A stretch of 64,000 nt of DNA from Felis catus. Its lineage: Eukaryota. The notes beneath the pieces are model-generated. The model was not told the origin of the DNA, searched no databases, and saw only the letters and a program-made list of their open reading frames with translations. Where the stretch lies: the NCBI RefSeq assembly GCF_018350175.1, contig NC_058368.1, positions 161,822,001-161,886,000 on the forward strand. Direction: 5' to 3'. Position numbers and translations under genes: made by a program. Positions 50,641-64,000 of this stretch are shown piece by piece. Position 1 is the stretch's first letter, and every line of letters starts with the position of its first letter.

Positions 50641-52362
50641 GCTGCTAGAACTCTTATTTATATACTGTAATCTTTTTCCTATTTCTTTTATAAACGGCAA
50701 AGAAAATTCCTCTTATGTGAATTATGGAATTTAAAATAGACTACGTCATTTTCTCTCTGTGTGTTGTATTTTAAGTATTATAATAGATACCATTATTTCT
50801 CATATTGGGTTCAATAATCATTCTCTTGACCATCTGTTATTGAATGAATTTTATATCTACATTTCACTGTTTCTTTTCTCAGTTATTGTAATGCTTCCAT
50901 TTTCATTCCCAGTAAGGTATCCAAAAAGGGGCAGATATATATAGATGGATGTATTATATTTTTCAATGGTGGTACTCCATTCCTTTATTCCAATAGCCAA
51001 ATAGCCTCCAACTCTGTATTTTGACAGTTTCAATTCCACAGAATATCCCTGGCTTCATCCATTGTTTCTTTAGAAACTTTTGTAAATTCAGAGCACATCA
51101 AGAGGATTAGGAATTTTAGGTTATTTCAGCTCTTTTACATTGAATAAAAAGCATGTTCATCAAATTAAATGGACATTGTCAGAGGCATAATGGAGCAATA
51201 GGAGGCTATGCAGAAAAAAACACTAACTAAGGTCTCATAAGTAAAGAAATATTTTATAAAATTTGTCCTACTCATTTACCAAGTAAGAAAGAAGATGCGG
51301 ATATTTTATCCCACCCAGTGTATGACAGCTATTTTAATTTCCTAATATCTCAGCAGCTTTATAGAACTGACTTCGTGAGGCTACTCTATATATTTATTTT
51401 TGGTATTTGAATAATATACCAAATATTGCTGGAATATACTGCAAGTCTACTTGAATATTGAGAAGAACCTGTATAGAAATAACATTCCCCATTTCTTGCT
51501 ATAATATATTCTGATTACATTGTCTATTTCAGATTAGACTTATGTTGTTTCATCTATTCAGAAGCATAATTTCAGTTTCTATCCATATACTCTCTATACG
51601 TTGTTTTTTAAGAAAATATGCTCATAGCCTATAAAATTATATATGTATTAGACTCAGTGATCTAAAATATATAGTGTATATGACTGTCCCTTTTGTCTTT
51701 TGCATAAGCAGATCTTCCCCTGAGATTAGATTATAGAATTAAGATTTCTCTTTATTCCTAATTCAAAGAACCAAGTTGAAGTACTTGAGGTAAAAATTGC
51801 TAAGCATTAATCAGAAAAGAATGAGTATATAAGAATTATAGGATAAGAATTACTAGGAGTGTGTCTTGAATCAGAATTTTAACAGATGCCACAGGGGGAA
51901 CTTATGGATAGAAATTTGAAAAATTGAGAGCTATGGATGTGAAGGGTGGTCAAGTAGGCAACATGCTGACAAATAGAGGCCATAACACATACTAAATGAG
52001 GGAAATTCTTGAAGTTAAGAGGAGAGTCAATATTATTACATAACTAACAAGAAAAAAATAGGAAAGGAACTTATTTATAAATGCAAAATTGTGATTTATT
52101 CAGTGGCTTTTTAACACCTTCTATGGTGTGAGCCAACTTGGCATGACAGTTGCTTTTGGTAGCAAGTAGCTTTACTCCAACATGGCATATTTAGATAATT
52201 TTGTTCACAACTCTGTTAAGGACCTTGGCCAGAGGTCAGAAGGAAGAAGAGATATATGAAGGAAATGTGAAAGTAATAAAACTAAAAGATAATTTGAGGT
52301 GTGTAAGGGAGTCATCTGATAGCAGGGGAGAGAAATCTAAGCATTACTGGATGAAAAAGCAT

Positions 52363-52414
52363 ATATCTCTATCTCTATCTCTATCTCTATCTCTATCTCT
52401 ATCTCTATCTCTAT
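52363..52414. repeat. (TATCTC)n hexanucleotide repeat
   Basis: About 8 units. Confidence 0.95.
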
Positions 52415-53302
52415 TTATGTCTGTCTGTATCATCTATATCATCTGGTGGAAAGTAAACAGTTGAGGGATTGAAATAAGGTAGTTGAGAGAAGTGACTTAA
52501 ATGTTCTTTACGGAATTGATAATATGTATTATTTGATCAGTGGGGCCCTTCAGTTGGAAATAGTAGCTAAGTTGTGAAAATTGCTTTCAGTATCATATCA
52601 CTTAAAAAATAATGTTTTTTTCGAAAATAAATTAAAAAATAAGATAAAATAAATAAAGTGATTTTCTACTGTATTAAATTCTACTAAAAAGCTTGGTTGA
52701 TCTGAAATTTCTACTCAATTGGGCAATAGGAAAAATAGGTAAAAGCAGTGCGATAGTTCACCAACAGCAGATGGCTGGTCACACCACTAGTCCCTGTACA
52801 TACCTCACTCTAGTCCATACATATATTGAATATTGCCTTCTCTTAACATCCTTTCAAGGTATGTTTTTTTCTTTCTTTTCCTTTTTTTTTTTGGTTAGAA
52901 TATACTCCTATTACATTGTTGAACTATTTGGTGCCATGTTAGGATGGCAAGAAAATGACTCTGTAACATGCTGGCAAAAAAAAAAGAAAGAAAAAGGAAC
53001 AAACCCTTTTTATAGGTTAGTTAACTTTTCAACCTGGCCAATGATTAATCAAGGGCAAGAGACCCAAAACAAATCAGATATCACCACTGGATATAGCACT
53101 CTAAACCTTTTTCTAGGTGTTAATGTTTAATAACATCATCTTTGGGTAATGCAAGATTAATAAACTGATGAAAACTAAAATCATTTAATGTGCTTAAAGA
53201 TGAATGTATTCCTATAACAAAGCACTGCACACATGCAATGTAATATATTCCTGCCTTCTCAAATTTGTATTACAAATGTGCCTTAAGAAACAAAAAAAAA
53301 TT

Positions 53303-53515
53303 GGTGTGCTTGGGTGGCTCAGTCAGTTAAGTGTGTGACTCTTGATTTTGGCTCAGGTCATGATCTCGTGGTTCTTAAGATCCAGCCTCACATTGGGCTC
53401 TGTGCTAACAGTTCAGAGCCTGCTTGGGATTCTCTCTCTCCCTCTCTCTCTGCCCCTCCCCTGTTCACTTGCACACTCTCTCTCAAAAAAAAAATAAATA
53501 AACATTAAAAAAAAC

Positions 53516-53558
<43 letters not shown>

Positions 53559-53560
53559 AA

Positions 53561-53623
<63 letters not shown>

Positions 53624-53662
53624 GAAGGAAGAAAGAAAGAAAGAGAAAGAAAGAAAGAAAGA
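53303..53662 (+). mobile_element. SINEC (Fc2-like) with a (GAAA)n tail of about 145 bp
   Basis: tgggtggctcagtcagttaag head; tail about 53517-53662. Confidence 0.95.
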
Positions 53663-53669
53663 ACTTGAT

Positions 53670-53858
53670 AGGTGCCGGGGTGGCTCAGTTGGTTAAGCAT
53701 CAGACTCTTGATTTTGCTCAGGTCACGATCTCACAGGTTTGAGTTGAGCCCCACATAGGGCTCTGTGCTGGCAGTGCAGAGACTGCTTGGGATTCTCTCT
53801 CTCCCTCTCTCTTTCTCTCTCTCTCGCTTATGCTCTCCTCTCAAAAAAAAAAAAAAAA
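53670..53858 (+). mobile_element. SINEC (Fc2-like), tandem to the previous one
   Basis: ggtgccggggtggctcagttggttaag...poly-A. Confidence 0.94.
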
Positions 53859-54507
53859 CTTATGCATAACATCACCTATAATTTCTTTTTGTCGCCTGGG
53901 TATGATCAAGGAAGTGAGGAATAACACAAGGTAATAACTTTCATCAGAAATGCCTGAATTCATTAGAATTTAAACACCAAACATGCTGATTTATCTTAAG
54001 TCCAGAAAATTATTCAGAAATAAATCCCATTTCAAGTATCATTTATATTTAGCTTATCTTACTTAAACCTACAAAATATTACATCTGACATTTCCTATGT
54101 TGACTACTTTTTAGAAAATAATCATAGCAGATAGCTGACAAATACAGTTTTAAGATTCAACATTATTCTGTATCTAAAATGAGAAAACATGCATAACAAC
54201 TTCACTTTTAATCTTGGGAATAAAAGGGTAACTAGGTGGTTATGAACTAACATCTCTCATTAAATTAATGGCTTTACCTAATTCTTATGTCTGCTGAATG
54301 CAGTTCATTAAGCTTTATGCTCTTTTATATTCATTACAGGTATTTTGTGTTATTCTTCCTTATGATGCTCCTATAAATCATTTGAAAGGTGAGGAAGCTT
54401 AACCTACTTTCCCAAAGATAAAAATCTCTTCAAATCACTTATCTCTTCAAATCATCTTAAAAATACTATCTGCTAGAGCCTTGAGGATTTCCACTGACAC
54501 ACGGCAA

Positions 54508-54868
54508 TGTCTTAGCTTGGCTGCCATAACAAAATAGTATAGGCAGCTTAAACAACAAAAATTTATTTCTTCTCAGTTCTAAAGGCTAGAAGTCTGAGAT
54601 CAGTATACCAGTATGGTTCTGTTCTGTTGAGAGCTGTCTCTCTTCCTGACTTGCAAATAGCCACCTTCTCTCACTGTGTGCTCACAGGGCCTTTCCTTTA
54701 TGTGTGTTTCTGTTGAGACACAGAGAGAGCAAAGTCTTTGGTGTCTCTTCTTATAAGGATACTAGTTGTATCAGATCAGAACTCCATGGGGAGCTCTAAT
54801 CACACAGGGTGAGGAGTGGTTAGAGCTTCAACATATGAATTTAGGGGGATACAATTCAGTCTATAATG
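54508..54868 (-). mobile_element. MLT1A-like solo LTR
   Basis: tgtcttagcttggctgccataacaaaata...tctcttcttataagga...cttcaacatatgaatttagggggatacaattcagtctataa. Confidence 0.9.
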
Positions 54869-54960
54869 AGTAACCATTGTCATATATATCTTAGAATGAC
54901 TGATATCACTAAGAAATCATCCTGGGTGTTCCTTTCTAGTTGTTCAATAATTAGTAACCC

Positions 54961-55200
54961 CATTCTATTAATCCAACAAATAGTGACTGTTCTAGGTACT
55001 CTTTGGGGCCAGTAATAAGGTGATGAACAAAGGAGAATTAACTGTTGCTCTCTTGTATTTGGTATGGTACATGCTTAAAAAAGAAAGGTTCTGATGTAAA
55101 AAGATTGTGGGATGAAGGAAGGCTTCGCTGACCACATTTAAGGTGAGACTTAGGATAAACTGAAGAATGCTCATGATGCCATGCTGGACATCCAGTCAAG
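54961..55200 (-). mobile_element. L2 fragment
   Basis: atccaacaaata...ctaggtactct...gatgaacaaa...ggaaggcttc. Confidence 0.55.
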
Positions 55201-55276
55201 CATCTGGGCCATGGGGTTTCTGAGCCATGCTCCTGCTGCTGCTCCATCCATAGGACCACAACCTGAGCAGAATGCA

Positions 55277-55483
55277 GGGCACCTAGATGGCTTAGTCGAT
55301 TGGATATCCGACTTCGGCTCAGGTCATGATCTCTCAGTTTGTGAGTTTGAGCCCTGTGTCAGGCTCTGTGCTGACAGCTCAGAGCCTGGAGCCTGCTTCA
55401 GATTCTGTGTCTCATTCTCTCTCAGCCCCTCTCTCACTTGTGCTAGGTCTTTCTCTGTCTCTGCAAAATAAAGAAATGTAAAA
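55277..55483 (+). mobile_element. SINEC_Fc-like SINE
   Basis: gggcacctagatggcttagtc...gagcctggagcctgcttcagattctgtg plus tail. Confidence 0.94.
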
Positions 55484-56731
55484 GAAATGAAGTGCCATTC
55501 GCAAAGGCTCTTTCACATGCAGAACAACCTGGAGCTGCTGGAGTGTGTTCCTTTATTGGTGTCTTCAGGGCTCTGGGAGATCCCCTAACATGGCTGCCTT
55601 GAACTGGTGTGTGTCGGGGGTGGGGAGTGGCGGGGGGTGGGACACAGACATTCAATCTATACCAGACCAGCTATCAATTTGAAACTTCATCTATCATATT
55701 TAGGAAAGAAATACTGGATATATTTTGATATGTTCTAAATTCCTTTATTTTAGAGAATTGAATTCATAATCTTTGAGTAGATAAACACCAAACTTTCAGC
55801 TGATTAGGCTAGATAATTGAGTGGGGGAAAAAAACCTGTTAAAGTGCTAGAGCCTTATAATTCTTGCCTATGACCCTGAAATAAAGCAATAATTAAAAAA
55901 ACATATATACACAAAATATTGATGCTGTTTGATGTTTTATTTGCTTTTCTTTATCCAGATATCAGAACAAATTTGAATTCTAAAGCGTCTATCATGAAGA
56001 ACTTCATTGCTCTTTGCAATCAATTGTTATGAACAGTGGAGGGTGCTGACAGTATATATTCATAATTTACCTTTAGATTCTGGCAAGAACTAACAATTGT
56101 GAATAGGAAGAATTAAGTTTCATGAAACCTTTATTATGTTTAACATAATTTATTTATTTGTTAAAATGAATTTATTAAAATAATTGGTTTGCTATTCACC
56201 TTTCAAAGAATAGTGGGCAATTATAAACTGGATGCTTACAGTAAATGGTCAAGACTTCCTTTAATCTCTTCTCATCACCCATTTTCTAGTGAAGAGTTGA
56301 CATCAATTGATTTTTAACCTGGACTCTCTTTATTTTATGCAGTAGTTTCAGACATTTCAATCTGCCATTCAGAGAATTAGAAGCTTGAGACAATGACTAA
56401 GGTTTCTATTTGGAGATAAATAATTAAAGCAAGTTAACAAAGGATCCTTTTAGGATGCTGTGGTTCTTATTTCCAGAGGGTATTAGAACATGAGTTCCAA
56501 CAATTACCTCTTATTTAGTATATCTTCTTTTATTCTATTTCCAAGATTTGTTCCCTAGAGGATAAATTAAAATTATATGATCTGAAACAGTCTGGAATAG
56601 CAAGACAGTTTTCTTTTAGTAAGTTTCCATTAATTTGAAGAAGGGATTGATAGTGGATTTATAATCTACTCTTGAAGTGCAGATTCTGAATCTTACTCAA
56701 TATTGAAAATAACAGTTCAAATATGTTACAG

Positions 56732-56732
<1 letters not shown>

Positions 56733-56770
<38 letters not shown>
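56733..56770. repeat. (CA)19 microsatellite
   Basis: Perfect run. Confidence 0.98.
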
Positions 56771-56774
<4 letters not shown>

Positions 56775-57884
56775 ACAACAACAACAACAAAACAAACAAG
56801 AAATGAAGTTTTGTCCAAACTCATTAAATAAACCAATAGAGTTTCAAAAGATTAGTAATTGAAGGTACTCATCTTTGTTTTGAAAATGGAACTTGTTCCA
56901 ATGCAATTGATGTATTTGGAACAATTTAAGCATAGAACAAATTTTATGTTTGCTTATGTGTGATTTCTCTGTGAGAGACATGAGATGGATGCAGAAAACT
57001 GCGACAAACTGAGCCCAACAGCGTAGCAATAGACAAAAATACCCATCTGCCAGCTATCTCAGTTCTCCATGTGCTATGAACCCCACCCATCCACAGCTGG
57101 TACTACAACCTGCAGTCCAATTTCAGCTGATTCTCCTTCCACCACTTCATAATAACTCAGGAGCTTCATCCTTTCTGATGCCCCTTCTGCGACAACACCT
57201 CAGGTCTTATTCAAGGCAAAGTGACATTTATATTGTAGTATTTTTGTAGTACTTAATGGTTTAATGTATATGAAACTGTGCTACCACTTTTATTAAGTTA
57301 CTACTCCACCCACCCTGAAACTCCGGTTTATTTTATTGCTTGATTTTTCATAACCAGTAATTTTTAGGCATCGATACATAGAGTTATGGGAAAACTGACT
57401 GTAGTATATTTAATTAATTAACCCAATGTGGACTATTTTGCTAGAAAAAGAATAAGCAAGGATAAATAGAGCTTATGCCTATCTCAGGGTCTCTTGAGAA
57501 CAAAAGATTAATTAACATTATCAAAAATAGCTCTAAAATGTATTGTCTTTGAGCAGTATGCTTTTTTTGTAAATAGGGTATGCTTTAGTAAAAAATTAAT
57601 TTATAAAAGAGTATTTTTAAAAATGTACAATAGACCCAATTATCTGATATTTATCAATTCTTTTTTACTTGTTTTTCTGAATTTAATTTAAAGTACATTA
57701 AATTTAATATATATTAATAAAAATAGAATGTTTAAAAATATCTTATTTACTTAAAATTTTTTATCCTTTAACAATTAAGTAAATGTTCATATGAAAATGC
57801 ATATTTAAACCCATTAGGTTCACAAATATCAATGTGTCTTTTGGGTTGGTGTGATATTTGTGTTTAATATTTTTGTTTCAGATA

Positions 57885-58370
57885 TCAGCAGCTGTGGCTT
57901 GGGATAACAATAATTGGCTTTTTTTCATGATTCTGAAGATTAGTTGGATGATTCTTTGGGCTGTTTTAGAGGGTCAGCTTAACTGAATTTTTCAGAGGAT
58001 CAGCTTAACTGAAGAGTTTCTGATGGCCTCATGCACCTGTCTGGCAGTTGATGCTGGTTATCAAATGGTCAGGATTGGTCCTGCTTTATGTGGTCTGTCA
58101 CTATCCAGCAGGCCAGCCGCTCTCCTTACACAGCATTCTCAGTGTAGCCTTCCAAGAGGTCAAATAGAGAAGCTACAAGTTTATCTTAAGGCCTAGACCT
58201 AGAAAGTAGGACTTCAGTCATGACATTCAGTTATTGAACAAAGTCAAAAGACCATGTCAAATTCAAGGGGAAATTAGGTAGATTAGTCTTCTTGACAGAA
58301 ATGTGGCAGTCACATTGTAGAGGCTCATGCGAGTAACTTTTTCAAACATCTTTAAAAATAATCTTCCACA
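57885..58370 (-). mobile_element. MLT1H-like LTR
   Basis: gatggcctcatgcacctgtctggcagttgatgctgg...cttaaggcctag...aattcaagggg...aatcttccaca; internal duplication of tcagcttaactgaa. Confidence 0.8.
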
Positions 58371-59020
58371 AAATGTATTTTGAAATGTGTGACTGGAGAA
58401 AATTTTAGGAACCTTTAAAAACAGAAACAAAAGGTATAGATTGCTATAGTTAAAAGGAGTTATAAACTGATTGGTTAATATAAACAAAACAAAACAAAAA
58501 TATAAGTAGCTGATCCAAACTGGAATTTGTATAATGATGTGAAAGAACCAATTACCAGGTGACAAAATAGAGTCAAGTAGAATATCATGGTATTAGAGGA
58601 GGCATGCTAGAAAATGATGCATATCTAGCAACAATTAATGTCTTCTGTTGAGTTGTATGGAAGGAGAATAAAAAGTTCTTTCAGGAAATTATAGCAACCC
58701 CCACTGAAAAGATTTTGTGAAAATCGACCACCATGATAACAATGATCCTTGGAAGTTCCCATATGTTGAGATTATCTAAATAAGTAAGTGCAAAATGTTG
58801 CAAACAAATTCATAAGAGAGCTTTGGTAGAGAGATAGAAGTCCTTCAGCTGGGATAGTCTGAAATGACTTTCACAGAATTAATAAAAAATGTCTTAAAAA
58901 TATGTGAATGTATTAGTTTGTGACATAAAGTCTAATAGTGGTACAAATTTCAGGAAGTTTCAATCAGAACTTCTATGTCTTTTTTTCCCAATCGTTTCAA
59001 ATTTCTCTTTTATATGTTAA

Positions 59021-59231
59021 AAAAATTTTTTTAATGTTTCATTTATTCTTGAGAGAGAGAGACAGACCATGAGCAAGGGAAGGGCAGAGAGAGAGAGAGA
59101 GAGGGACACAGAATCCGAAGCAGACTCCAGGCCCTGAGCTGTTAACACAGAGCCTGACATGGGGCTCGAACTCATGAGCCATGTCATGAGCCAAAGTCAG
59201 ACACTAAACTGACTGAGCCACCCAGGCGCCC
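59021..59231 (-). mobile_element. SINEC_Fc-like SINE
   Basis: Reverse SINE; TSD ctctt(t/c)tatatgttaa. Confidence 0.96.
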
Positions 59232-59334
59232 CTCTTCTATATGTTAATCTTATCATGAGACTGTCTTCCCTTATGGTTACCAATGGGTGCTTATAGCAAT
59301 CAGAGCTATGTGCTTCTTGAACACACTTGATGAG

Positions 59335-59629
59335 CATTTTAGTCTCCTGGTGTTGCAATAATACAATACTGTTACTGGCTGTCTTAACAGACATTTACTT
59401 ATCACCGTTCTGAATTCTGGGAAGTCCCAGACCAAGCTCCTGGCAGATTTGATTCTTGTGAGGACCCTTTTATAGATTGTAGATGGCGACCATCTAACTG
59501 TATGTTCACATGACCTCTTCTTTGTGTGTGTGTGTCTAGAGAAAAAGAGTTCTTCTGTTCTCATGGCCTCATCTAAACCTAATTACCTCCCCACATCTCT
59601 GCCTCTAAATACCATCACATTAGGGGTTA
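59335..59629 (-). mobile_element. MLT1A-like LTR (partial)
   Basis: aacagacatttacttatcaccgttctg...ctgggaagtcc...cctcatctaaacctaattacctccc...aataccatcacattaggggtta. Confidence 0.85.
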
Positions 59630-60172
59630 TACTGACAACATCATTAAGCTTTACAAATAAAGCTCCAATATGGGCTTTAAAAATATCCATAATGCTTCTA
59701 CTCCACTGTATAATTGTATTTAGTATAATACGTATATAAAGACACGTATGTTTACTTACATAATTATTATAAAATTAATTTTCTTTTTTTGTTTTTTCTT
59801 CCTTTCTTGAGCCAATCTACTTGAACATTGTTTAAAACAAAAGGAGAAATTGGTCTCAATGGCAATTTTATTTTCAGCATTAATGCGTAAATAATTTTTA
59901 AATCTTACTACAATTCTTTGGAACTCATATCGAACTTCTTTCAGATGTCTCCTATTTCCTTATTTATGTGGAATTATAAAGCACTTAGTGACTTTGGTCT
60001 TTACCTAGTCATTATTGCACATCCTTGGTGTGCTTACTGTAGTCCAGTGAGAGTCTCAATTGTGTTAGAAGAAATATAGGCTAAATATTTGATCATTGAT
60101 CTATTCATAGGTAACGGAGTTCTTGGGAACTGATTTAAGCTTAATCAATCTAAAAAATAACAATGTGATGTA

Positions 60173-60488
60173 AAGTTGACCCTCAAATGACATGAGTATG
60201 AATTGCTCAGGTCCACTTATACAAGGATATTTTTTCAGTACAGTATTGTAAATGTATTTCTCTTCCCTAACATTTTCTTAAAAATATTTTCCTCTAGCAT
60301 TTTACTGTAAGAATACAATATATAATTGTTATACAAAATATCTGTTAAATCAAATGTGTTATCAATAAAGCTTCCAGTCAACATTAGGCTATTAGTAGTT
60401 AAGTTTTGGAGGAGCCAAAAGTCATACCTAGAATTTTGACTGCCTGGGGGTTGGTGTCCCAAACCCCAGATTATTCAAGCGCCAGCTG
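60173..60488 (+). mobile_element. Tigger2a/MER28-like DNA transposon
   Basis: Termini agttgaccctcaa and ttattcaagcgccagctg; internal aggtccacttatac and aggctattagtagttaagttttgg. Confidence 0.88.
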
Positions 60489-60705
60489 ACAAAGAAAAAT
60501 TTTGATTTTTTTTTGCACTTTAATGAAAATAACTTTAAAAATGTAAGTAATGGACAGTAACCAGTCCATTCTCTCTGCATACTATAATCTCTATAAGGTG
60601 TGCTTGCTTTAATGGACTTTTTGTTATTTCATTTCTATAAAACTGGAACTATTTTTTGCCTTTCATAATAATTTTTTGAATCTTTAAGAATGCCCTGGCA
60701 TTTCT

Positions 60706-60926
60706 GGGGCGCCTGGGTGGCTTGGTCGGTTGGGTGTCCGACTTCGGCTCAGGTCATGATCTCACGGTCTGTGAGTTCAAGCCCCGTGTCGGGCTCTGTG
60801 CTGACAGCTCAGAGCCTGGAGCCTGTTTCAGATTCTGTGTCTCCCTCTCTTTCTGCTCTTCCCCTGTTCGTGCTCTGTCTCTCTCTGTCTCAAAAATAAA
60901 TAAACGTTAAAAAAATTAAAAAAAAA
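60706..60926 (+). mobile_element. Young SINEC_Fc SINE
   Basis: CpG-retaining; perfect 18-bp TSD aagaatgccctggcattt. Confidence 0.98.
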
Positions 60927-61234
60927 AAGAATGCCCTGGCATTTTTTATTCAGTTATTATAAGAGCAACCAATTCCATTTTCCAGATCCAGGAGTGAGTT
61001 TTTGACCTCAGCTTGGACAATAAATTTAAACTTTCTTTTCAAACCTAAAAAAAAAAAAAAATGTTTTTTTTTTCAGCTGTTATACAAATATTTATAGAGT
61101 ACTTCTAATGTAACAGTGTTTTATGTTGCTGGGAATTTAGTGATATAATAAGACTGACAAGGGCACCAATTTCTTTAAGATTACATTGTGATATAATACA
61201 TTTATATTTTACTCTTCTTCTGCTAGTCCTAGCC

Positions 61235-61585
61235 ATGGAGTCCAAGGATGGGCATGTGATTGAAAGTAAGCAAATGAGATGAAGCCCTGGGATTTCTGAT
61301 GGAAATATGGGAAAATGAAATGATCTTAGCCATTCTACTCAGTGTTTATAAGACAGAAAGAAAAACAAAACAAAACCAAAAACTGTGTTCTTGCTGCTAC
61401 ATGAGAGGCTGCTTGAAGGGAGACAGTTAGAGAATAGTCAGCTGGATCCAGCTGTTCCTAATGGCTATGACTCAGATTTTCTGTTACGTGAGATATTCTG
61501 TTTCCCTTTTTTTAAACAAACAAGCAAAAAAAAAATAGTTTGAATTAAATTTCTTTTACTTGCAGTTGACAGTGTGGTGAGCATA
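61235..61585 (+). mobile_element. Old MLT1K/L-like LTR
   Basis: ggatgggcatgtga...ccctgggattt...ctggatccagctgttcct...tttcttttacttgca. Confidence 0.65.
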
Positions 61586-63974
61586 AAATCAGAACAAGAG
61601 GATTTAGTGAGGGTAATTTTAATGTAGAGTGACAGCAAGCTACAACAACCAAATGTTCTCAGTTAAAGTCCTGTTTGCTGCACAGGACTGTACACAGCCT
61701 CTCTGCACAGTGCTTAGAAGCGCTGACTCACCCTCCTTTGTGCTTCTTTTTCTGACCAACTCCAGTCAATTTCTCAATAACTTAATCTTTTCTTTAGATA
61801 CGTGAACAATATCATAGTAAGTTTAAAGTTATTTCGTCTTATATTCTAATAACCTTGTAACTTCTGCTTTAGACCCCATTATACTTCCTTCTTAGTTTAA
61901 ATCTCATAAAATAAATCTTACACATTTGTTGCCAGAGATTTTAGGCCCTTCTGAGGGATGCCATTTCCTATAGCTTTTATACAAACTTAGTCCCTTTTTT
62001 GACTTGATTCAGAGGCCCTTATTTAAAACAATTGTTTGTAAGAAATGAGCAGCAATTAGCATGTGGAGATCCTAAGAAACATAGAGTATAATCCTTATGA
62101 AGAGTATCCTTAGAATAACTGAAACGTTGGAATAATTAGTAAAAAAAATAAATCTTAAGAGAAGTTTGTGCATAGTTTTTTGGTTTGTTTGCTTTCCTCT
62201 GTTTCGTTGTTTTGTTGTTGTTGTTGTTGTTGTTTTTTAATATTATTGGCTATGGGAGTGGAAAAAAATCCTTCTCCATTCCATGGACATTTTTAAGAAC
62301 AGTACTCTACTGAGGATTTTTTCTTTATTGAGTCATGGAAATATATCCCTCCAGGTAGAAATGATAAGGTAAATATTTCTGAATTCAATTACTAGGCTAG
62401 GTGAATTTGTATATATGTATATATAATCCATTTCTCTCTCTATATATAGTAATCATATATAATTATTTCCCTTTGCTTTTATAAAGTGATTGTATTCACT
62501 GGTCTGAGGGGGAAAAATATTTTATGGATTGAAGAATGAAAACAATTTTATTACTAAAGTGTAGAATTTAATTATATTAGAAATAGAGATAATTTAATTA
62601 AGTTTGAGTCTCATTATTGACTTTAATTAAAATGTAAGAATTAAAATGCTATATATCATTAATATATAAAATGAACTAAAATTGTTAAAATTCATTTTTA
62701 TGAATTAATACATAGCCTTTCAAATAGCAATGCATTTTGGTTGTCTACTTATTCTATAGTAATATAGTAATTATAGACATGCTGTGTGGTCTTTCTCCTG
62801 AATGCACAAAATTGAGTATTGAGAGCTCCATATCTTGCTGTTACATTACCTATCATATATTATTAATTAATATATTAATATCAATATAGCATATATACAT
62901 TATACATGTCAGCATCAAAATATGCCGGTCAGTAAATATGTTTTAAAAAACCTCAAATTATAAAATTTTAAAGGTCTTTTGGGCATTTTTAAAAAACAGA
63001 TTTGTATGGGCAGATTTTCATTTTGATTTGCTTTTCAATATACCCAAAAGTAAGCATATTAACATTTGCAGATTGTTCTGGTTGTTAGAAAAGATTTCAG
63101 CACTTCTTTTTGGAAATCACTGTTGAAAGAAATAGATCCACATCAAAAAAATTCTCATGACATTTGTAAACAGTGAAAACTGTTTTATCATTTGTTAGAA
63201 TTTGTCTTGTCTTGAGTAATTTCCTTTTAATTTTGTCTAACTTAAATGACTGTAACATCTTCAGCACTTGATGAATTGCAGGAATAAGTGCCTCTACTTA
63301 GAAGTAAGCTTCTATTTATCATTTGATTTAAAAATAAGTTTATTTTTGCTAAATGTAATTTAATTTTATCCTTTTCCATTCCTCTATTTTTTTTCTCACA
63401 TCTGTTTTCTTCTTCTGTTTTTTTCTCATATCTGGTTTGAATATTCAAGTCTCTACTTGAAATTGATGGAATGAATATACATATTTACACCAACTCCTTT
63501 CAGTATCAACAAAAATAACAATAGACACATTAAAGGGATAAATTTGAAAGGAAAAAAAAAATAGAGGACAAGTTGTTAATTGAAAATGCCAGAAGATGGT
63601 TTGCAGAAGAATTCTGGTTACTAACTAGAAAGGGTAAAACAGAAGGTCATTTTCCAGAAGACAACATAAAATTTTGAGGGCAACGTTGTCATACCAAAAA
63701 AATGAAATTATAGGAAAGTATGTGTCAAATGCTTAAGCCCCACTTCCACCGCAGCTAAAGAGTCCTGGTAGTTTGACAAATTATCCAAGTAGGAAATGTA
63801 TGGATTCTTCCATGGGGGCTCCAACCACTAAAATAAAGAGCACTAATGTTAGAAGACTGCCCATGAAATGGCCTGCTCAAATAAGCATATGGTTCCCTGC
63901 ACAACCTCTTATGCTCCCCTTCATTATACACAGAGATTTTAAGATAACACTTGAGTACTTTAATTTTATTTAAA

Positions 63975-64000
63975 AAATTCTTTTTGATGTTTATTTATGT
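63975..64000 (-). mobile_element. Probable tail of a reverse-strand SINE cut by the window edge
   Basis: tttttgatgtttatttat matches SINE tails elsewhere in this window. Confidence 0.55.

Noticed and set aside
52693..53130. Longest ORF in the track (145 aa)
   Set aside because: Non-ATG start, crosses poly-T and poly-A runs, no recognisable domain or exon structure
62990..63800. Possible very old L1 fragments near the window end
   Set aside because: Similarity is too weak to assign family, strand or boundaries without a profile search
1..64000. CRISPR array, prokaryotic operon or novel multi-gene system
   Set aside because: The DNA is mammalian and repeat-rich; direct repeats occur as pairs (TSDs or small duplications), never as regularly spaced arrays, and there is no long ORF

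Overview
AT-rich mammalian non-coding DNA from a felid (cat-family) genome, either intergenic or deep intronic. The species inference rests on about 30 tRNA-derived carnivore SINEs with feline-type (SINEC_Fc-like) sequence and on carnivore-type L1 3' ends. I find no credible protein-coding gene, RNA gene or CRISPR array. The ORF track is SINE, microsatellite, decayed L1 or chance ORFs. The window is mostly a layered record of transposons: ancient MIR, L2, MER5, MER102, Tigger, MLT1 and ERV LTRs and L1M elements, overlaid by younger SINEs and L1 3' ends. The most notable structures are: (i) two L1 relics in which 5'UTR+ORF1 joins the 3' end with most or all of ORF2 missing; (ii) an apparently complete LTR-internal-LTR MaLR provirus (about 43.2-46.9 kb) with nested insertions, including a very young SINE that forms a tight inverted pair; (iii) a 23-bp duplication flanking a snap-back insert, resembling a polymerase-theta repair scar; (iv) a Tc1/mariner-type MITE abutting a palindrome of footprint-like motifs. 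I see no convincing evidence of a new biological system. Repeat family names come from recalled consensus motifs, not a database search, and boundaries of old repeats are approximate.
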